From Podarcis gaigeae (lineage: Eukaryota): DNA of 64,000 bases. Where the stretch lies: NCBI GenBank assembly GCA_964106915.2, contig OZ066914.1; one strand, given 5' to 3'. A model generated the notes under the pieces. That model was not told where the DNA came from, ran no database searches, and saw only the letters and a list, made by a program, of their open reading frames with translations. A program made the translations under genes and the position numbers. Of the stretch, positions 37,130 to 52,609 are shown in pieces. Within the stretch, counting starts at the first letter, position 1; every line of letters starts with the position of its first letter.

Positions 37130-37890
37130 CTACCAAGAGTAGTAGTACTCTTCAAATCTCCTCTTAGTCACATGCAGTGATTTCCAGTGAGGCGGGCATC
37201 TAAATGACCCAAGCCTAGGCTGTGGTGTGTGTGTGCGCGCGCACGCGCACATGCACAATCACATTTGTCTCCCGCCCCCCAACAGCATGTCAGTAGCAAA
37301 GACTCATGCAGTTGGCTGAACCCACAAAGCAGAGGCATTTAGATGCAGCCCACAGCCAGGTGACGATCTGCTCAGATACAAGCAGCCCCCACATTGCAAG
37401 GGCACTAGCACATACCATATAGTATAAAGCAAAATTCAGCTGCAAGCCTACTTCTCTAGGGCCTGCTTAGAAGTCAGTAAAAACATTTTGATTGGTCACA
37501 AACCAACAAGGACCATTTTTACAACCAAAGTTTATTTTCACAGGCATTATTCAAAAGCAGCAACAGATCAAAAACAGCTATAAGATGTATCCTATGCAGA
37601 AAGCAAAACAGCTACAGTAACTGGGGTTTTTTTCTTTACATATCCATTTTGATATACCTATTTCTCAAGTTAAAATTTATTATATTTACTCCTTATATAC
37701 CGTAAGCTCGGCTCAAAAATCCTTCAAAGCTGCAATTAATTCAATATATGCAGCTGCTTTCTTCCATCACCCACAGTAACCCTATTAGCATGAATGCAGG
37801 TTTGAACTAGGATTGCACAATAGATAGTATCCTGCCTCCACAATCAAAGTCACCTTTAAAATTTAAGTGACTTCATTTTAACAGATATTA

Positions 37891-38013
<123 letters not shown>

Positions 38014-38519
38014 TCAGAGGATGATACTCAACAGGGTTTCGATTTTATTAAAGAACACACAGACCTATCTGTCCATTCTTTCTCCCATAAGGGAAAAAGA
38101 GACACTGAATAAATACGCATAAGGATAAGCGAAGAAGTTGATAAAATGAAGATTCCACATACAAACTATAATAAAATAACTACAAGGCAGAGAAATGCAA
38201 TTATGCCCCCTTTAATCTCATCGTTTCCATACTCTCTGGTCAGTAAGTTACGTTTGTGGACAGATCATCTTTCGATATTCTTCTAATTATTCAGTCACAC
38301 ACAATTCTCTACAAAGACTACCAAATCAGCCAATTTTCTTAGGCCTGAATTGTGTGGCAAAAGAACTGCACTGACTCTGAGAATTTCCCTCACTGCTCTG
38401 GAATTCTCTTTATGAATTCGTCATGACTTGCCTACACAAAGGTTATGCAGAGGTTAGGCTACATCAGGTCTTTCATGAGCATTCCTTCTGATTTGTTTGT
38501 GGGGTGATAAGATAATAAG

Positions 38520-38740
38520 AAGAGAAAAAGAGTTTGGATTTGATATCCTGCTTTATCACTACCCTAAGGAGTCTCAAAGCAGCTAACATTCTCCTTTCCC
38601 TTCCTCCCCCACAACACTTTGTGAGGTGAAGCCGAGAGACTTCAAGCTCACCCAGCAGCTGCATGTGGAGGAGCAGAGACGCGAACCCAGTTCACCAGAT
38701 TACAAGACTACCACTCTTAACCACTGTACCATGCTGGCTC
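38520..38740 (-). mobile_element. Squam3-type tRNA SINE
   Basis: Minus strand GAGCCAGCATGGTACAGTGGTTAAGAGTGG..GGGTTCGCGTCTC..CAGCTGCTGGGTGA..GATATCAAATCCAAACTC plus a TTC-rich tail. Confidence 0.8.
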
Positions 38741-38988
38741 CCTCGTAATAAACCCTCATGATGATTTGCTTGAACGGTGTTTATACATCTTGCCTGGCAT
38801 TCAGACTCTCGTTAACCCCCACATTTTCAGTGAACTTTCCTGCCACTTTCCAAACCGCAAAATGTCCATTCCTCACATTGAGTAAACAAAGGCCACCCTG
38901 AGTAACTTACTGAAAAGGCGAAACCAGCTAATAACGCAAAGACTGCAATCAGATATGTCTATGAGTAAAAGAAGTGTTTTTATCTTAC

Positions 38989-39119
38989 CCTCCATGAAAA
39001 CGCCCTCTCTTCTGCTCCTGCTGGATCCTGATGTTTTCCAGCCTAAGTGGGCTTGGAATGAAGCCAATCTCGCAGCCTTCTTTAACTAATCTTCCTATCC
39101 ACCAGTCATTGTTATATTT
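38989..39119 (-). CDS. CACNB4: CACNB4 exon 5 (131 nt, SH3)
   Basis: [43 protein letters not shown]; AG / GTAAGA. Confidence 0.97.
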
Positions 39120-42100
39120 CTGTAACAAACGAGCACTTGATTTGAATCTTCCCATTTAATTGTGAACACAGCTTATTTTGCGAGCTTCTTCCACTACCAG
39201 CATCCACTCACCATTCCGCAAAAGCACCTTGTGTACTCCTTGTAGTAGCTACTATAGTCAGGAATGGGGAATCTGTGGCCGTTCAGATGCCCCACCATCC
39301 CTGCTGACCTCTGCCCATGCTGACCGGGACTGATGAGAGGTAGAGTCCAAGAACGTATGGAGGCCACAGATTCCCTGTCTCTGTTCTAAATGGACTACCC
39401 AACAAGCATGATACGTATTAAGAAGAGAACAGGTAGCAAAATGTGGGCACTTTTCTAAAAAGGCAGATAGGGAGACCTGCTTGAAATGTGATAGGGTGCC
39501 TCTGTTTTTTCTCTTCTTCCCTGCTAGTCCTACAACCCTAATCCAAAGATTCACGGACGCATTAGATTTCCCTGTGCAGTGAGATTTTGACATGAGGAAG
39601 ATAGACAGACAGAAATTATTCACTTCCATCTGGAGGAGGTACCATCCTATTACGACAGTAGCTCCATCAGGATGGTACTATTCACTCTTCCCGATCCCTT
39701 GAATAAACTCTTAAGAACTTAAGGTGCTGGACCAGCATCCTGGTCTCACAATGGCCAACCATAGACAAGGGAGACCTGAGTGCCCCACTTGTACTTCCCA
39801 GCACCTGGTACTCAAAAACATACTGCCTCTGACAGTGGAGGCAGAACATAGCCAAGTTAACATTGACAGTCTTATCCTCCATGAATTTTAATACAGGTTG
39901 ACCAAGTGCAAATAAGGAAGTGTACACATATCTGTAAATTTTAGCAGTGAATCTGTTGTGGAATCAAACTCACAGCATTTTGGTACATGGATCATCTTTC
40001 CCCCCCAAGATTAAACTTAGGTGAAGCCTTTTGATTTTCACAAGAAATTAAACCTCACCCTTGTATAAATAATAAAGCTACCTGCTTTTTAAGAACAGTT
40101 TTTAAAAGTACAGTAAATAGCACCCAACAGGCATTTGAACAAACGCTCAAACTCCTTGAAAACCAAAGTTGGCAGCTCACCTGAAGCATTAATGGGGAGA
40201 CTCCTGGATCCAGGTGTGTGTGTGTTGTTTGGGGCGGGGACAGAAGAGCAGAGCTCATCCTGCCATGGGGGTGGGGGTATCACTTGCTGTGTGAAGGTAC
40301 TCCTGTACGAAGCATAAGCATACACCTGCTTTTCTTTGTTACCCATTTTCCATGCATAACTTCCAGTTTGCTGTCCAAGTCAGAGGGCAAAATGGCACCT
40401 CTTCCTGAACCATGTGCAAAAGCCAACTGGAATGGAAGCTGAATCTTACTTCAATGTTACTATAAGCAGCCTCTGTTACACCTCAGGGCAGGAAGCTGCC
40501 TTAGGGCAAGCTGCATGGCACATACAGCTCTGTCTGCCAACCCTTCCCTGCTACTCTCCATCCCTCAGCACCGGCCACCTGACGAGGCTGCCTCACTCTG
40601 CCTAATGGTAGGACTGGCCCTGACATTTTGCCTCCACATTCATCATTTTAACTGTGCTGCATGCAGATGTCAAGATATGCATCTGAGCTGTGTTTCAAGG
40701 GCGCACAATGTGCATGCTCAAAATACGTGAGCTTATAAACCCAAGAGGGATCAAATTATGTGTCTGCCCTAGCATTTTGATTCCTAGTCCAGGCCTAGCC
40801 ACCTCCACCCCTGCAACCTGCCCACGTGTTCACCTGACACTATTATCCTCTCTTTGCCCCCACTTTCTTGCAACAGGGAAAAAAATGAATTCACGATGAG
40901 CAATGCAGAATGCAAATAATATAACTGCAGTGGAACAGGTTTGGAAAGCATATGTCGCTCGCTACTTATACTCACACAACAAAAGTGTGTGTTGGGGGGG
41001 ATATTGGAAAAGACCGTGCAAATTAAAGAAGTAACAAAGGAAGGGTGAAAGGAAATGTCAGCAAGGAGGAAGAGCAGTGACCTAAGAGGCATTTGCGAGG
41101 CTCAGTACATAGGCAAGTCCTGGGATTGGATCGGAGATGCATTTAGCAGTACAATACACACATTCATCAGTTGATAGGGTGGGTGTTTATGAGGGTGTTT
41201 CATGACATCTGGGAAGTGGGCTAGTAGATTATTGGTAAGCCTGTAAAAATGCTTATCCCGTGCCCAAAGTTGAGCTACAAAGATGCTTCGTGCTTAGCAA
41301 GGTTACTCCCATTACGAAGCACCTTCCTTATGTTCTTCAAGGCATATCTGAATCTTCAGCGTAGGGGTAAGAAGTACATTTCCCTCCTGTTGGTTGCTGA
41401 GCCTGGAATGTTTATGCATTGCCAATAATTGTTGTCACTTAATCTGTTTTGAAAGTGCATAATGTATGGTCCAACGGGTGACAGATGAGACATCTTGAAT
41501 ACAGAGAGCCATCCATTCTTGCTGACATTTCAAGCTTGTTGCCAAAGTGACCTTCCCAGAGGCCGAAGTTAGACATGAAACACAGTTGAGTGCGTATTTT
41601 CCCCTAAGACTTTCTTTTTTAAAAACAAAAAAAAAACAAAAACAAAAACCCAGAAGTAGCTGTGAGTTTAATCAATGGAAAAGGTGGGAAGGGGCTGTTC
41701 ACTCAACCATTTTTCCATCTCCCCAATTGTGTCCCTGGTTTCTTTTCCACCTTGAGGGAGATATATGGGTGAATATTGCTCGAACGCATAAAATAATTTC
41801 CAGCTCAATGTCATGTCCAGCTCTAACAGAACTTATATCCTATTAAAAACAATCATGCAGATAAAGTCTCTACTGTAGAGCACTGAGCTGAACACCTTTA
41901 AGATGAGACTAGTCATTTAATGAAGAGTTACAGCTGTCCTTAGTGGTGTCATAGGCAGCATGGCAATGGGTGCATAATTGTGCAGTAACTTCTCCCCTAC
42001 TCACATCCCATTCCCAATAAGAACAGGCACTTTCCCCATATAATTATAGCGGCCTCGTAAACTGAAAATTCACACAAGGTTGAAATCCCAAGATAAGAAG

Positions 42101-43473
42101 AGCATTGCTGGATCAGACCAAAAGCCTATCTAATCCAGTCTTTGATTCTCACAGGGGCCAGCATGTGCCCACTGGAAGCCCACAAGAACGATGGGAGCAC
42201 AATGGCACTGTCCCTACTCATGTACTTCAGCAAGTGATATTCAGAAGCATACCACAATTCATAGGAAGAATTGGACACAACCATCACAATTACTAGCCAC
42301 TGATAAGCCTTACCATCCATAAATAACACTAAGCATGCTAACGTGAAAGTTAACTCCATCAAAACAAGACACATTTCAAAGAGGACATAAGATGGGTATG
42401 TTGATGTGAAACATACCATTATCTGTCTTTCAGAGATCTAACTTGTGGAACAAAGTTTGTCCCCCTGCCAAAGTAGACTTTACCATCTCCATGCTCCCAC
42501 CAAGTAGTTAAGGCAGAGATTTGCTGTAGGAAATTCCACATAAACACACATAGGATCATGGTTTAAGTCTAGGAATGGGGTACCTATGCCCCTCCATACA
42601 TTGTTGGACTACAACTCTCATCCTCTCTTCCCACTGCTGATGTTGGTTGAGGCTGATGGAAGTTGTTGGTGTCAAACAACTGGAGGGGCACAGGTTCTCT
42701 GCCTCGGGTATAAGTGATATAAATTTGTACGTTGGAATACAAGTATATATAAAAATTGGGAAATCACTGGGAAGCTGTAGGAAGAGATGGAGTCAGAATT
42801 CCTATTAAAGAAAGCCTTGGGCTGTCCCCCAGTAGCAGGAGAGATGGGTCTTCTATAACACAAATATTCTAGCACTGTTATAGCAAATGTTACACTGTAT
42901 GAGTGATAATTAAAATGGAAGCATATATATATATATACGTGTGTGTCTGTGTGTATGTCTGTGTGTTCATGAAATACATTGGCTGAACAGTGTTGTGTAT
43001 GGGGCATAGCACAGCTGAGATTCAGCTTGCAGTTTGATAACTCACTAGCATGCAGATCGCAAGAAGCAGACAACCCACCACCTCAGAAGGAAATTGTCTG
43101 GTATCACTTAGACACCCAGAAGGACATGACACCAAAGCCCAATTCATTCATTAACCTTTGTGGCCCGATAGCTGCCAAAAAGTGAAAAAGTCCCACAGTA
43201 TATTCCTTTAACTCCTATTTAAGGTTTGCTAAACACACCTCTGCTTTTAAACAAGCATGAATTAACATAAGCCTCCCTGGGTCTCGGTGTTGGTTCACTG
43301 GTCTAGAATTCAAGTTGTCCCAACAGGCACCCTTGGTGCTGTTTAAAATTTTGATTAGGGTGAATTATCCTGGGTGTCACACTCTCTAACAACTATATGC
43401 TCCGTGCGATGCTGGCTGCTTTTCAGCATCAGTTTTGTATCTTGCATGGCTCAAAGCTAACTGTTCAGGCTCA

Positions 43474-43638
<165 letters not shown>

Positions 43639-45368
43639 CTAGGAAGAGAAACACAGTTCTGTAAAACAGGGGCAGGAATGAGAAAGTGACCAGTCATGCA
43701 AAGCCGATGGAACAAGGGAAAGGGGACTCCCTGAGTACCAGGAGACTCGTGTTCTGTAAAGCAGAGGCAAAAGCTCAGATAACAAAGTTCCAAAGTGTTC
43801 TCCAACCAATGCTGGTTTGAGATATACACAGACAGCCAAAAATCCTCACACTGAGGCTGAATTTGTAGTGTGAGTATTGTACCGAATGAGACCATGTTTT
43901 ACCCAAACAACGAAAAACTGAGCTTGCTTTCTGTTGCACAAGATTACTTGCATTTCAAAAAGAAACTGGCAAGCTAGCACATGGCTAGTTTAGTAGCTAT
44001 TAGATAGTTTTGAAGGCTCATGCTCCTTCCACACTTTCAACTCTTCTTCTAGGTAATCCAATAATATCTGGCACCCGAATGGCCATATATTTTTCTTGGT
44101 CCAGAATTCAGTTGCTTTAATTGTATGGCATCCCAGCCTGACGGACCAAGGAACAGGAAGCTGTCTGGAATGTACAATGAGTTAATTTGCCCCCACATAA
44201 ACTGAACCTATTTTATCTGGTGATTCCCCTCCTAGGTTTGCTGTATTTGCTTTCATCCCTAAACAAACTAGCTTTTAACTAGATATTAAATCACTCAGAA
44301 ATTAAGTTTTCCATCTCTAGGGCTGCCAAGGCAACAGCATACTGGATCAGGATGGTGCTCTTTTTTTAGTTTAATTTCAAATACATAAAGTGGGGGGAGG
44401 CAAAGCCTATAGGTGCAAGAAGTATCTTTTGACAAACTGGTTTTCACATGCCTTAACATATTTTGGCATCTGTGATCCTCCTCAGGGGAAGAGCACAGAT
44501 GTTTGAAATTTGAATTAGAAAAACAGCTTGTCAAAAACAAAAAGCTCTTCTTGCCTCCTCGCCTATTCTTCATTTTTATGCTATGCGGTGTAGCCCTCCG
44601 TCTGGTTGCAGTTAATTTAAAATAGACCCTATAGCTGCAAAACTGCAAGAAAACTGCAAAAATATATTTCAGTAATTTGCACATTAATGCAGTTCCCCCT
44701 ATATTTCCAACGGGGGTAAATACCAGGAATAGGGGGCTATTACCAGTTAAACGTTCACAGTGGGCTGGTACAAAAATAGCATTTCCCACCCTGCATGACT
44801 GTGAAGAGAAGTTTGGAATCTTCCATGGCTGCTTTACAGCCCCTCCAGAAGACCTGCTAATTGAGCATTCATCCTGATCTGCATGCACAAAGCTGAAGTG
44901 GAAGTTAAATTATATCCTGTCTTTATTCAGCATTCGTCTTAATTTGGTTGCAGCAAAGTTATACTACAATAAACATTCTAGCTGCATTCACCCTGATTTG
45001 CTTGCAGGGGTGTTTATTCGTCTTTCCATTAAGTCATTCATTCACCCCACACTTTTCACTGCATCCCCCCCCCCCCAGCTTCTTCTTTTAAGCATATTTG
45101 TTGTGCTATATAGAAAGAGACCTTTAATCCCCTTTAACTGCACAAACCAGAATCAACTGCAATTAGTTTTAACTATGATCTGTTGAATCATAGTTAAGAT
45201 CAACTATAGTTTAGGACTGGGATGCAATGCTAAACTAGGGTCAATCTAAAACGGACATGGGAATTTCTGATCTCGTCACAGTTGTGCCAAATAAGGGGTG
45301 AAGGAGAAAATGAGTCAGAGGCTCACTGCAGCTTGCCCTTGTAACATTAAACAATTAGCATTATGTGT

Positions 45369-45974
<606 letters not shown>

Positions 45975-47136
45975 CTAAAAAGAAAAGGACACTATTAACA
46001 AAAATGATGGATGGAGTTCCGAAAGATGCCAAATATGCAGGGGGGGGGGGAATCACCCAAGGTCATAGATTTATTTTTAAACACATTTGAGCTTTATGTT
46101 TTATTTACTATTTTGACCAAAACAAAAAAAAACAAAAAACTTTGCAGATTTTTATTGCAACAGAGTGGCTTTTTTACTGTTGTTTTCTTTCTCTTTTCAG
46201 GCAACAAATTCAAACACAGGAAATATATGTTTAAGAAATGGTGGGTCTTTGTTTTTGCTTTTTTGTGATTTTTCATATAAGCATCATAAATCAGGTAGCA
46301 CTGCACACATCACAGCAACTTATTACAAGAGTGAAACCTTGTTAGGTAGTTTAGAATGGAAATCACCCTTCTCTTGAAAATGTCGTGTCAAATTTAATCA
46401 GAGCATAGCAGGAACCAATAAAATTCACTTCTCTGAGTAAATTGTATTATTTGTGTATTTCACATGCAGTGTAATCCAGTGCATGTTAGCTCAGTGAGGC
46501 TTATATCCTGTGAAGTGTGTTTAAGCACTGCAGTCAGACAGTAAGGGGACTCAGAAATTTCCCTTTCTTCACTTGTGGCACCAAAATGTTTAGTCAAGTT
46601 GCTAACAATTTTGCAACCCACACTAACCAAAAACAACAAAAACCCTCCACCATTTGTAACAGCAGGTCACACTAAACCATGGTTTACCCCAACAGGAAAG
46701 AATCTAGGCAACAGCTTCAGCTTGCATGATCCTCCTTCCTCCTCTAGCATAGCCACAAGAAGTTTGGAAGCTTTCACTTCTGGTTCAGACATGAAAACCA
46801 TCTATCAGAATTAGTCCATTTTAAGTATGATGCAAATAGCATGACTAGAATTCTCACAACATTGTTTCCCATCAGTTCTTTAAAATGTAATTGCTGAAGC
46901 CCTAAAATATGGTGCTTCTCGAGCTTATGTCGAATGTCTTACGTTTTTATGATGTTAATGCTTTATTGCAAGTTTTTTTAAATATTTATTGTATTTGAAG
47001 GGTGAGGTATAAATACTCAGAATATTTTGATCCATAGCCACAATGGGTTCCTTTCACCTTGCTTAGTTCTTTTACTTTCAATGTATACAGCAAATTCCTT
47101 ACACATATAGAATGGTAGCATTATTTCTACCTACTT

Positions 47137-47137
<1 letters not shown>

Positions 47138-47168
<31 letters not shown>

Positions 47169-47182
47169 TATTATTATTATTA
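47138..47182. repeat. (ATC)n(ATT)n compound microsatellite
   Basis: Read directly from the sequence. Confidence 0.9.
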
Positions 47183-50100
47183 GTGCTGCTGCTGTACATC
47201 AAGAGTTACAATCCTGTTACCCAAAAACTGGCAATTCCAAAGAGGCATTGCATTTTTACAGCAAATTTCAAATCGAACATGACAGAAAAGAACGAAGTGG
47301 AAAATACACATTCTAAAAAAAGAAGATAATGACTCAACAGAGTTCATTTTAAAGAAGTCCATTTAAAACCACTCTTCTCACTGCTGTGATAAGCAGTGTT
47401 ATATGTTTATTCCACAGCGAAGTAATCAAAATCCTTTTTTTAAAGCATGACGCTGACTAACTGGCATCCCTGAAGCTATGCAAAAGGAGAGTATATATAT
47501 ATATATATATATATATTTAAAATGAGTCAGCAGCAGCAAACAGAACGTCCCGCAGCCAAATCACCCCTTGAAGCCTATTCAAGCAGGGGGTGTAAAAATA
47601 ACCTCCAAGTAACTTTATGGGCCCCTCTAAGTAGGAATGCAGAAATCATGGACTCTTATATGCTTGTCCCTTGCACTGGCAGCCAGGGACTGGCAGCAAC
47701 TCCAGAGCATGGCATGGCCAACACTACATCACCCCACATTTTAGTTCATTTTTTCTTAACTGCCTTGTTACACTGAACTGATTGTTGTGATGGGTTAAGA
47801 ATAGGACACATCAATGCCAGTTTCCAAAGCAAAACGTTTTTAGCAGGGAGTGTGGAATAGCTGTGGAGTGTGGAATAGCTGGCACTGAGTTCAGTAGCTT
47901 GTGCAGTCCCATGGACTCAGGACTGCTAGGTTGCAGAAAGTCCTCTGCTAAGAATGATCCTATATATATATATATATTTCCATACTGCCATTCATCCTAG
48001 GATCACAGGGCCATTCACAATAAATGATGCACGTTCTTGAATCAGTCAGATTTAAAAGGTACATTAGGAGGTTGTAGCACAAACAGATTTAAATAATTAC
48101 TCAGATCAGAGAAGATGTTACATCAACGTTGGTTGGACGGCAAAACAGCTTCAAAGAATCCATCATGAAACCACACATAAAATAGGTTTAGTTCTGTCAC
48201 CTTTACATAAACTGGGATTGCAGTTTCTATATCCTACAATGGGTATTAATTAACTCAGTGATGATAGGGTGCTTATTTTATCCTCAATTACAGCTGTTCT
48301 GAATGGCTACGGGGCTTTTTTTTTTGTATATGTTTAAGTTTTAGTGAAATTTACACAGACTCCTTTATGTGTTTCACACCTATCTGCTCATATAACAATT
48401 CATACATTTGATGAAGCTGACCCTAATCCACGCAAGATTATGCCATAATGAATTTGATAGTCTTTACAGTGTCACAGGACTCTTCGTCATTTTTGCTGTT
48501 ACAGATGAACATGACAACCCCTCTGAAAATTTGCAGAATTGTTAGCTTGCTCCATAGAACAACAACAACAACAAAAAGCAAATACCTACACCTATTTTTC
48601 TCTGGAACTCGCTGTCTGTGGGCAATGATCCTGTGACCCCCCCCCCAAAAAGCCGAAATACCTCCTATTTTGCACATGCAATAGGTGCATTCACGTGTAT
48701 TTTAAAGAGAACTAACAGCGCAATCATAACCATAGAACTTTATGCTTCAACACTCCATTATGTTTGAAAAAGGCTCACAACTTTAATAGCCCTGATTGTA
48801 TGGACAATGTTCACAACAGCACCGATGGCTAAAAATGCTAGTGTGGATACTCTTTGGGCCTATCCAAGCATCCTTTTAAAAAAAATATTGCAAATCCATG
48901 ATGGTTTGTGATCTTGATCGTATTGGCATCTCACAAGTACTCCCAGTATGAACGCCATTTGTGCTGTAACAGGTTTTAGGGTGGTCACACTGCTTCACTT
49001 TCTATCAGTGCATATCCCATAACATCCTGATGAAATCTAGTAACTTTTTACATTACATATGGTCAGGCTTATTTTTGTGCTACTCTTGCTGCGCTATAGC
49101 CCATCTGGACAGCAATAATGTGGTAGCATTGGGGAAGCATCGCAGAACAAACTGCAGCAGAATAAATCCATCACTAATGCCCGATTGTTGCAGAATACAC
49201 CCACAATGCTCTGGAGGAGCATCCATCCATATAGTGAGCCATCCTCAAACCTTGTGGTTCCCCTATGGAATGTAGCCACATCAAAGCAGTTTTCAGCAAG
49301 TAGAGCTGTAAGGTCTGAACTGGGCCTCAGACACAGGAGGAGCATGTAACACAATACACATCCAGTGAGTATACACTGCTTGTTGCCATAAGGTAATGTT
49401 TGATTGAACAAGATGTCACTGTGCATACCCTCAAAATAAGCATATGGTTTTTTAAAAGCCAATTCCTTCTCTCTCTCTCTCTCTCTATTAAGTATATCAT
49501 ACTCATTGTCTGAAGAAGTAAGAATAATAAAAAAGCATCATGCTGTAAAATAATTAGGCTTCCAAATACAGAATAGACATTTATGTATACGTAACAGAGC
49601 TCTGGAACTGTGAATATAGGGACCGAATGGGTTCCAAAGATAACAGCTGATTAATTAATGTCCATAAAGCACTTTGAAGATGTAGAGGCCTATAAAAATG
49701 CCAGAGATTACTGCTACTATTTTATAAGCTACCTACACTCAACAGCAGCCAAATGAAAAATTATGGCCTGCGGACAATAAATCAAAGAGCATAATAAACA
49801 CATACTATATATATATTGTGCAGGAACGGTGGCTTTCTTCTTGGCTACTGCTACACTATTTATATAATACTGCATTAGGAGCATATTGGAAGATTTCCCA
49901 AGTCAACCGTGGCCTCTGAATTCTACCCCCACTCTCTGCCCCATGCCTAATGCCTAATGCAGAGATTCTAAGTCACCAGAGAAAGGAACAGAGCTGTGTG
50001 CCTAGTTATAGGTCAAGTAATTGTGTCTCTCCGGTTCAGGCTTTTACTTGGAGCAAGAGAACTTACTAGACAACAGAGCAGCATTATCTTGTTCTGTATC

Positions 50101-50284
50101 CTTATTCTCGGAAAACTGCTAAAGGCACTTTCTTCTCTTTCCAAGAATAGGCAGGCCTCCCCAATCACAGTGTGTAATAAAGTCTGCAAGCTGCTGAAAG
50201 GTAAATCTGAGGCTTTAAAAATAATAATCAGTCCAAGTAGTGAAAGCAACTGCTTTCTGAGATAACTTGCCAGTATGAGATTTG

Positions 50285-50285
<1 letters not shown>

Positions 50286-50329
<44 letters not shown>
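50286..50329. repeat. (AAT)n microsatellite
   Basis: Read directly from the sequence; source of the poly-Ile ORF artefact. Confidence 0.95.
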
Positions 50330-50330
<1 letters not shown>

Positions 50331-52609
50331 GACAATGGAAGAGTTCCACCTTTGAAAAGCCACAATACTCTGCCATGCCCACATTAACTCAAAGGTAGGA
50401 TTTATACATTAAGGTCCAGCAGCTCCCTTTGTGACACATACTCTGTTTTTCTAAAGCTTTGCCACCTGACTCTCAGTAGCAAATTAATGCATATAATTAT
50501 TGGGAGTCTTAAGCCTGATCAGATACAAGATGCAAAAGAATAAAAATAAAAATCTGGGACCCTTCTGGAGGCGCCCATTTCTCCCAGTCCATTGCCACTG
50601 CGAGTATTCATTTTGTCAAACAGACATTTCACACCTCTTCCCATAATATCGCCAACTCTCCAAACAGACAATCTGGCTTTCTCTTGCTGTGTTTAATCTC
50701 ACCATCTGCGGAGAACACATTTGAAAGAGTGGCAACTTCTTAAACAAAACGTGCAGAAGAACACTGCGTCAACGACATGTAAGGACAAGGAAGTACCTCC
50801 ATAAACTGGAGAAAAGAAAGATGCTTTTCCTACATTCCCGATGGACTAAGGGAAGAATTCAACATTGTGCTGTAACACACATTTCATCTGTTCAAGCATT
50901 TGTGCTTGCCCAGTGGAACCATCTCCCCTTTCCTCCCCCAATCCACTCCACAAAGAGCCAAGTTTCAGGTGGGGAATGGGGGAAGGATGGGGGAAGCCCC
51001 ATTACGCTCATGGAAGTTCTTGCACAGGTCTCCATTAATTGGACCAGCTAGTTGAATCTGGCTCATAGTTATATTTGTATACCTGAGACAGTATAGCAGC
51101 TCCATCCTTAATACCAGCTATATCCTGTGCTAATAATGCACTTGTTTTAATTTGTTTGTTCATTGGTTTTTCTCAGAATTTCTGCTTTCGGAATTCTTAC
51201 TTCCTCTCCTCCCCAAAAAGGAAACTTCAAAAAGTTAGAATGTTTCACATCTCTTCCTAATAAGTTAACTAGACAAAATCACACAACAAAATGCTACACA
51301 TTGCTGTGAAAAGGCAACGTCTTCTTTTTGCAAAAATCAGCTACTTGGTGTAGTCTCAAGAAGCACAGCATTTCTGAGATGCTGTGTCAGATACTAATCA
51401 AGAATACTGTGTCAGCTACATTACAGACCCCTGGGATGGGTGGAAATCAAAGACTTCTACCTCAATCAACCTGAAATGCAATAGTTTTGATTTCCACATT
51501 TTTGTGCAACCTTGCTTATTCTTCCAAATTTAACTGGTTGGAACTCCATGAAGTATGCATTTTAGGAAGACTCAAACTTGAGGCATCAAACTAAGCAACA
51601 CCCCCTCCCCATATATATTTGCAACTTGGCCTTCCCTTTTTTCATAAATGTTCATCACGAATGACCACCTAAGCGGAATGACTTGCTGCCATCGTTATGA
51701 ATTTGCAAACAGTGTTAGTGACAGCAAAACAGCATCCCTTCCTTTCTTGCAATCTGGCTCAAAGGGAAAACACAAGAGCAATCAACTTATTCCAAATGCT
51801 TTCTGTGATGACAATTTAATTCCAAACTTGATGCAACTGCTGTCTCATTTACAAAATCTACCGAACAGTTTTTTGTCCAAATCCAGTTATTAGCTAGATA
51901 CAGAAAATTATGATGCAAACCAAGATGGGGGTGCGGAGTAGAGGTAGGTAGGAAGGGACGAAGGAAGGAAGGTTGGTTGGTTCAGTGCAAAAAAGAAAGC
52001 AAATATAGAAATGGTTGTTGTCATCTTTACCTATAAATTCAAAACCATTTTGCGTAGACTGCTGCAGAGTAATAATCAGATATTAGAGCGGGCAAGCCTA
52101 TTTCTGTGAACATAAAATTGTGCAACCTTTTGCAGAATCTCCTGTGGATTAAAATGCTTTCCATTGGGAGGGAAGCAACACTGTGGCAGCAAACTCCACT
52201 CCTGGCTTACACACATTAATTAAAACATCAGGACAGAGCATTTTCATGCATGCAGCTAAACACAATCATGCAGTTCAGAACACTGTGATGAAGGCTCTCT
52301 TCAAGGGTGCCAGCTCCTGGGGGCAGAGGCACTTCTCCTCCCCAGAAGTTTTTAAGGAGGGGGCTGAGTCCCCTTGAAATTCAGTGGTAACGTCAGCCCC
52401 TTCAAGCTGGTGCCAATGGCTTTCATCATATGTTCTAACAAAAGTGTGTAGATTGGAGGATTGGCAACAAGGTTTTACCGCCTACCCTGTCCCTCAGCTG
52501 CAAGCTTTCCTTCTTCCCCAACTTTCAATGTCCAAAAAGGGTTTGTTAGCATTTGAACCCTGATAATAAGTCTGCTTTCTTGTAGGAGAGACGCTACAGA
52601 TCCAAAAGT

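Noticed and set aside
44295-44888. 197-aa intronic ORF
   Set aside because: No recognisable domain, non-ATG start, composition like non-coding DNA.
50013-50384. ORF with a poly-Ile 'transmembrane' run
   Set aside because: Translation of the (AAT)n microsatellite.
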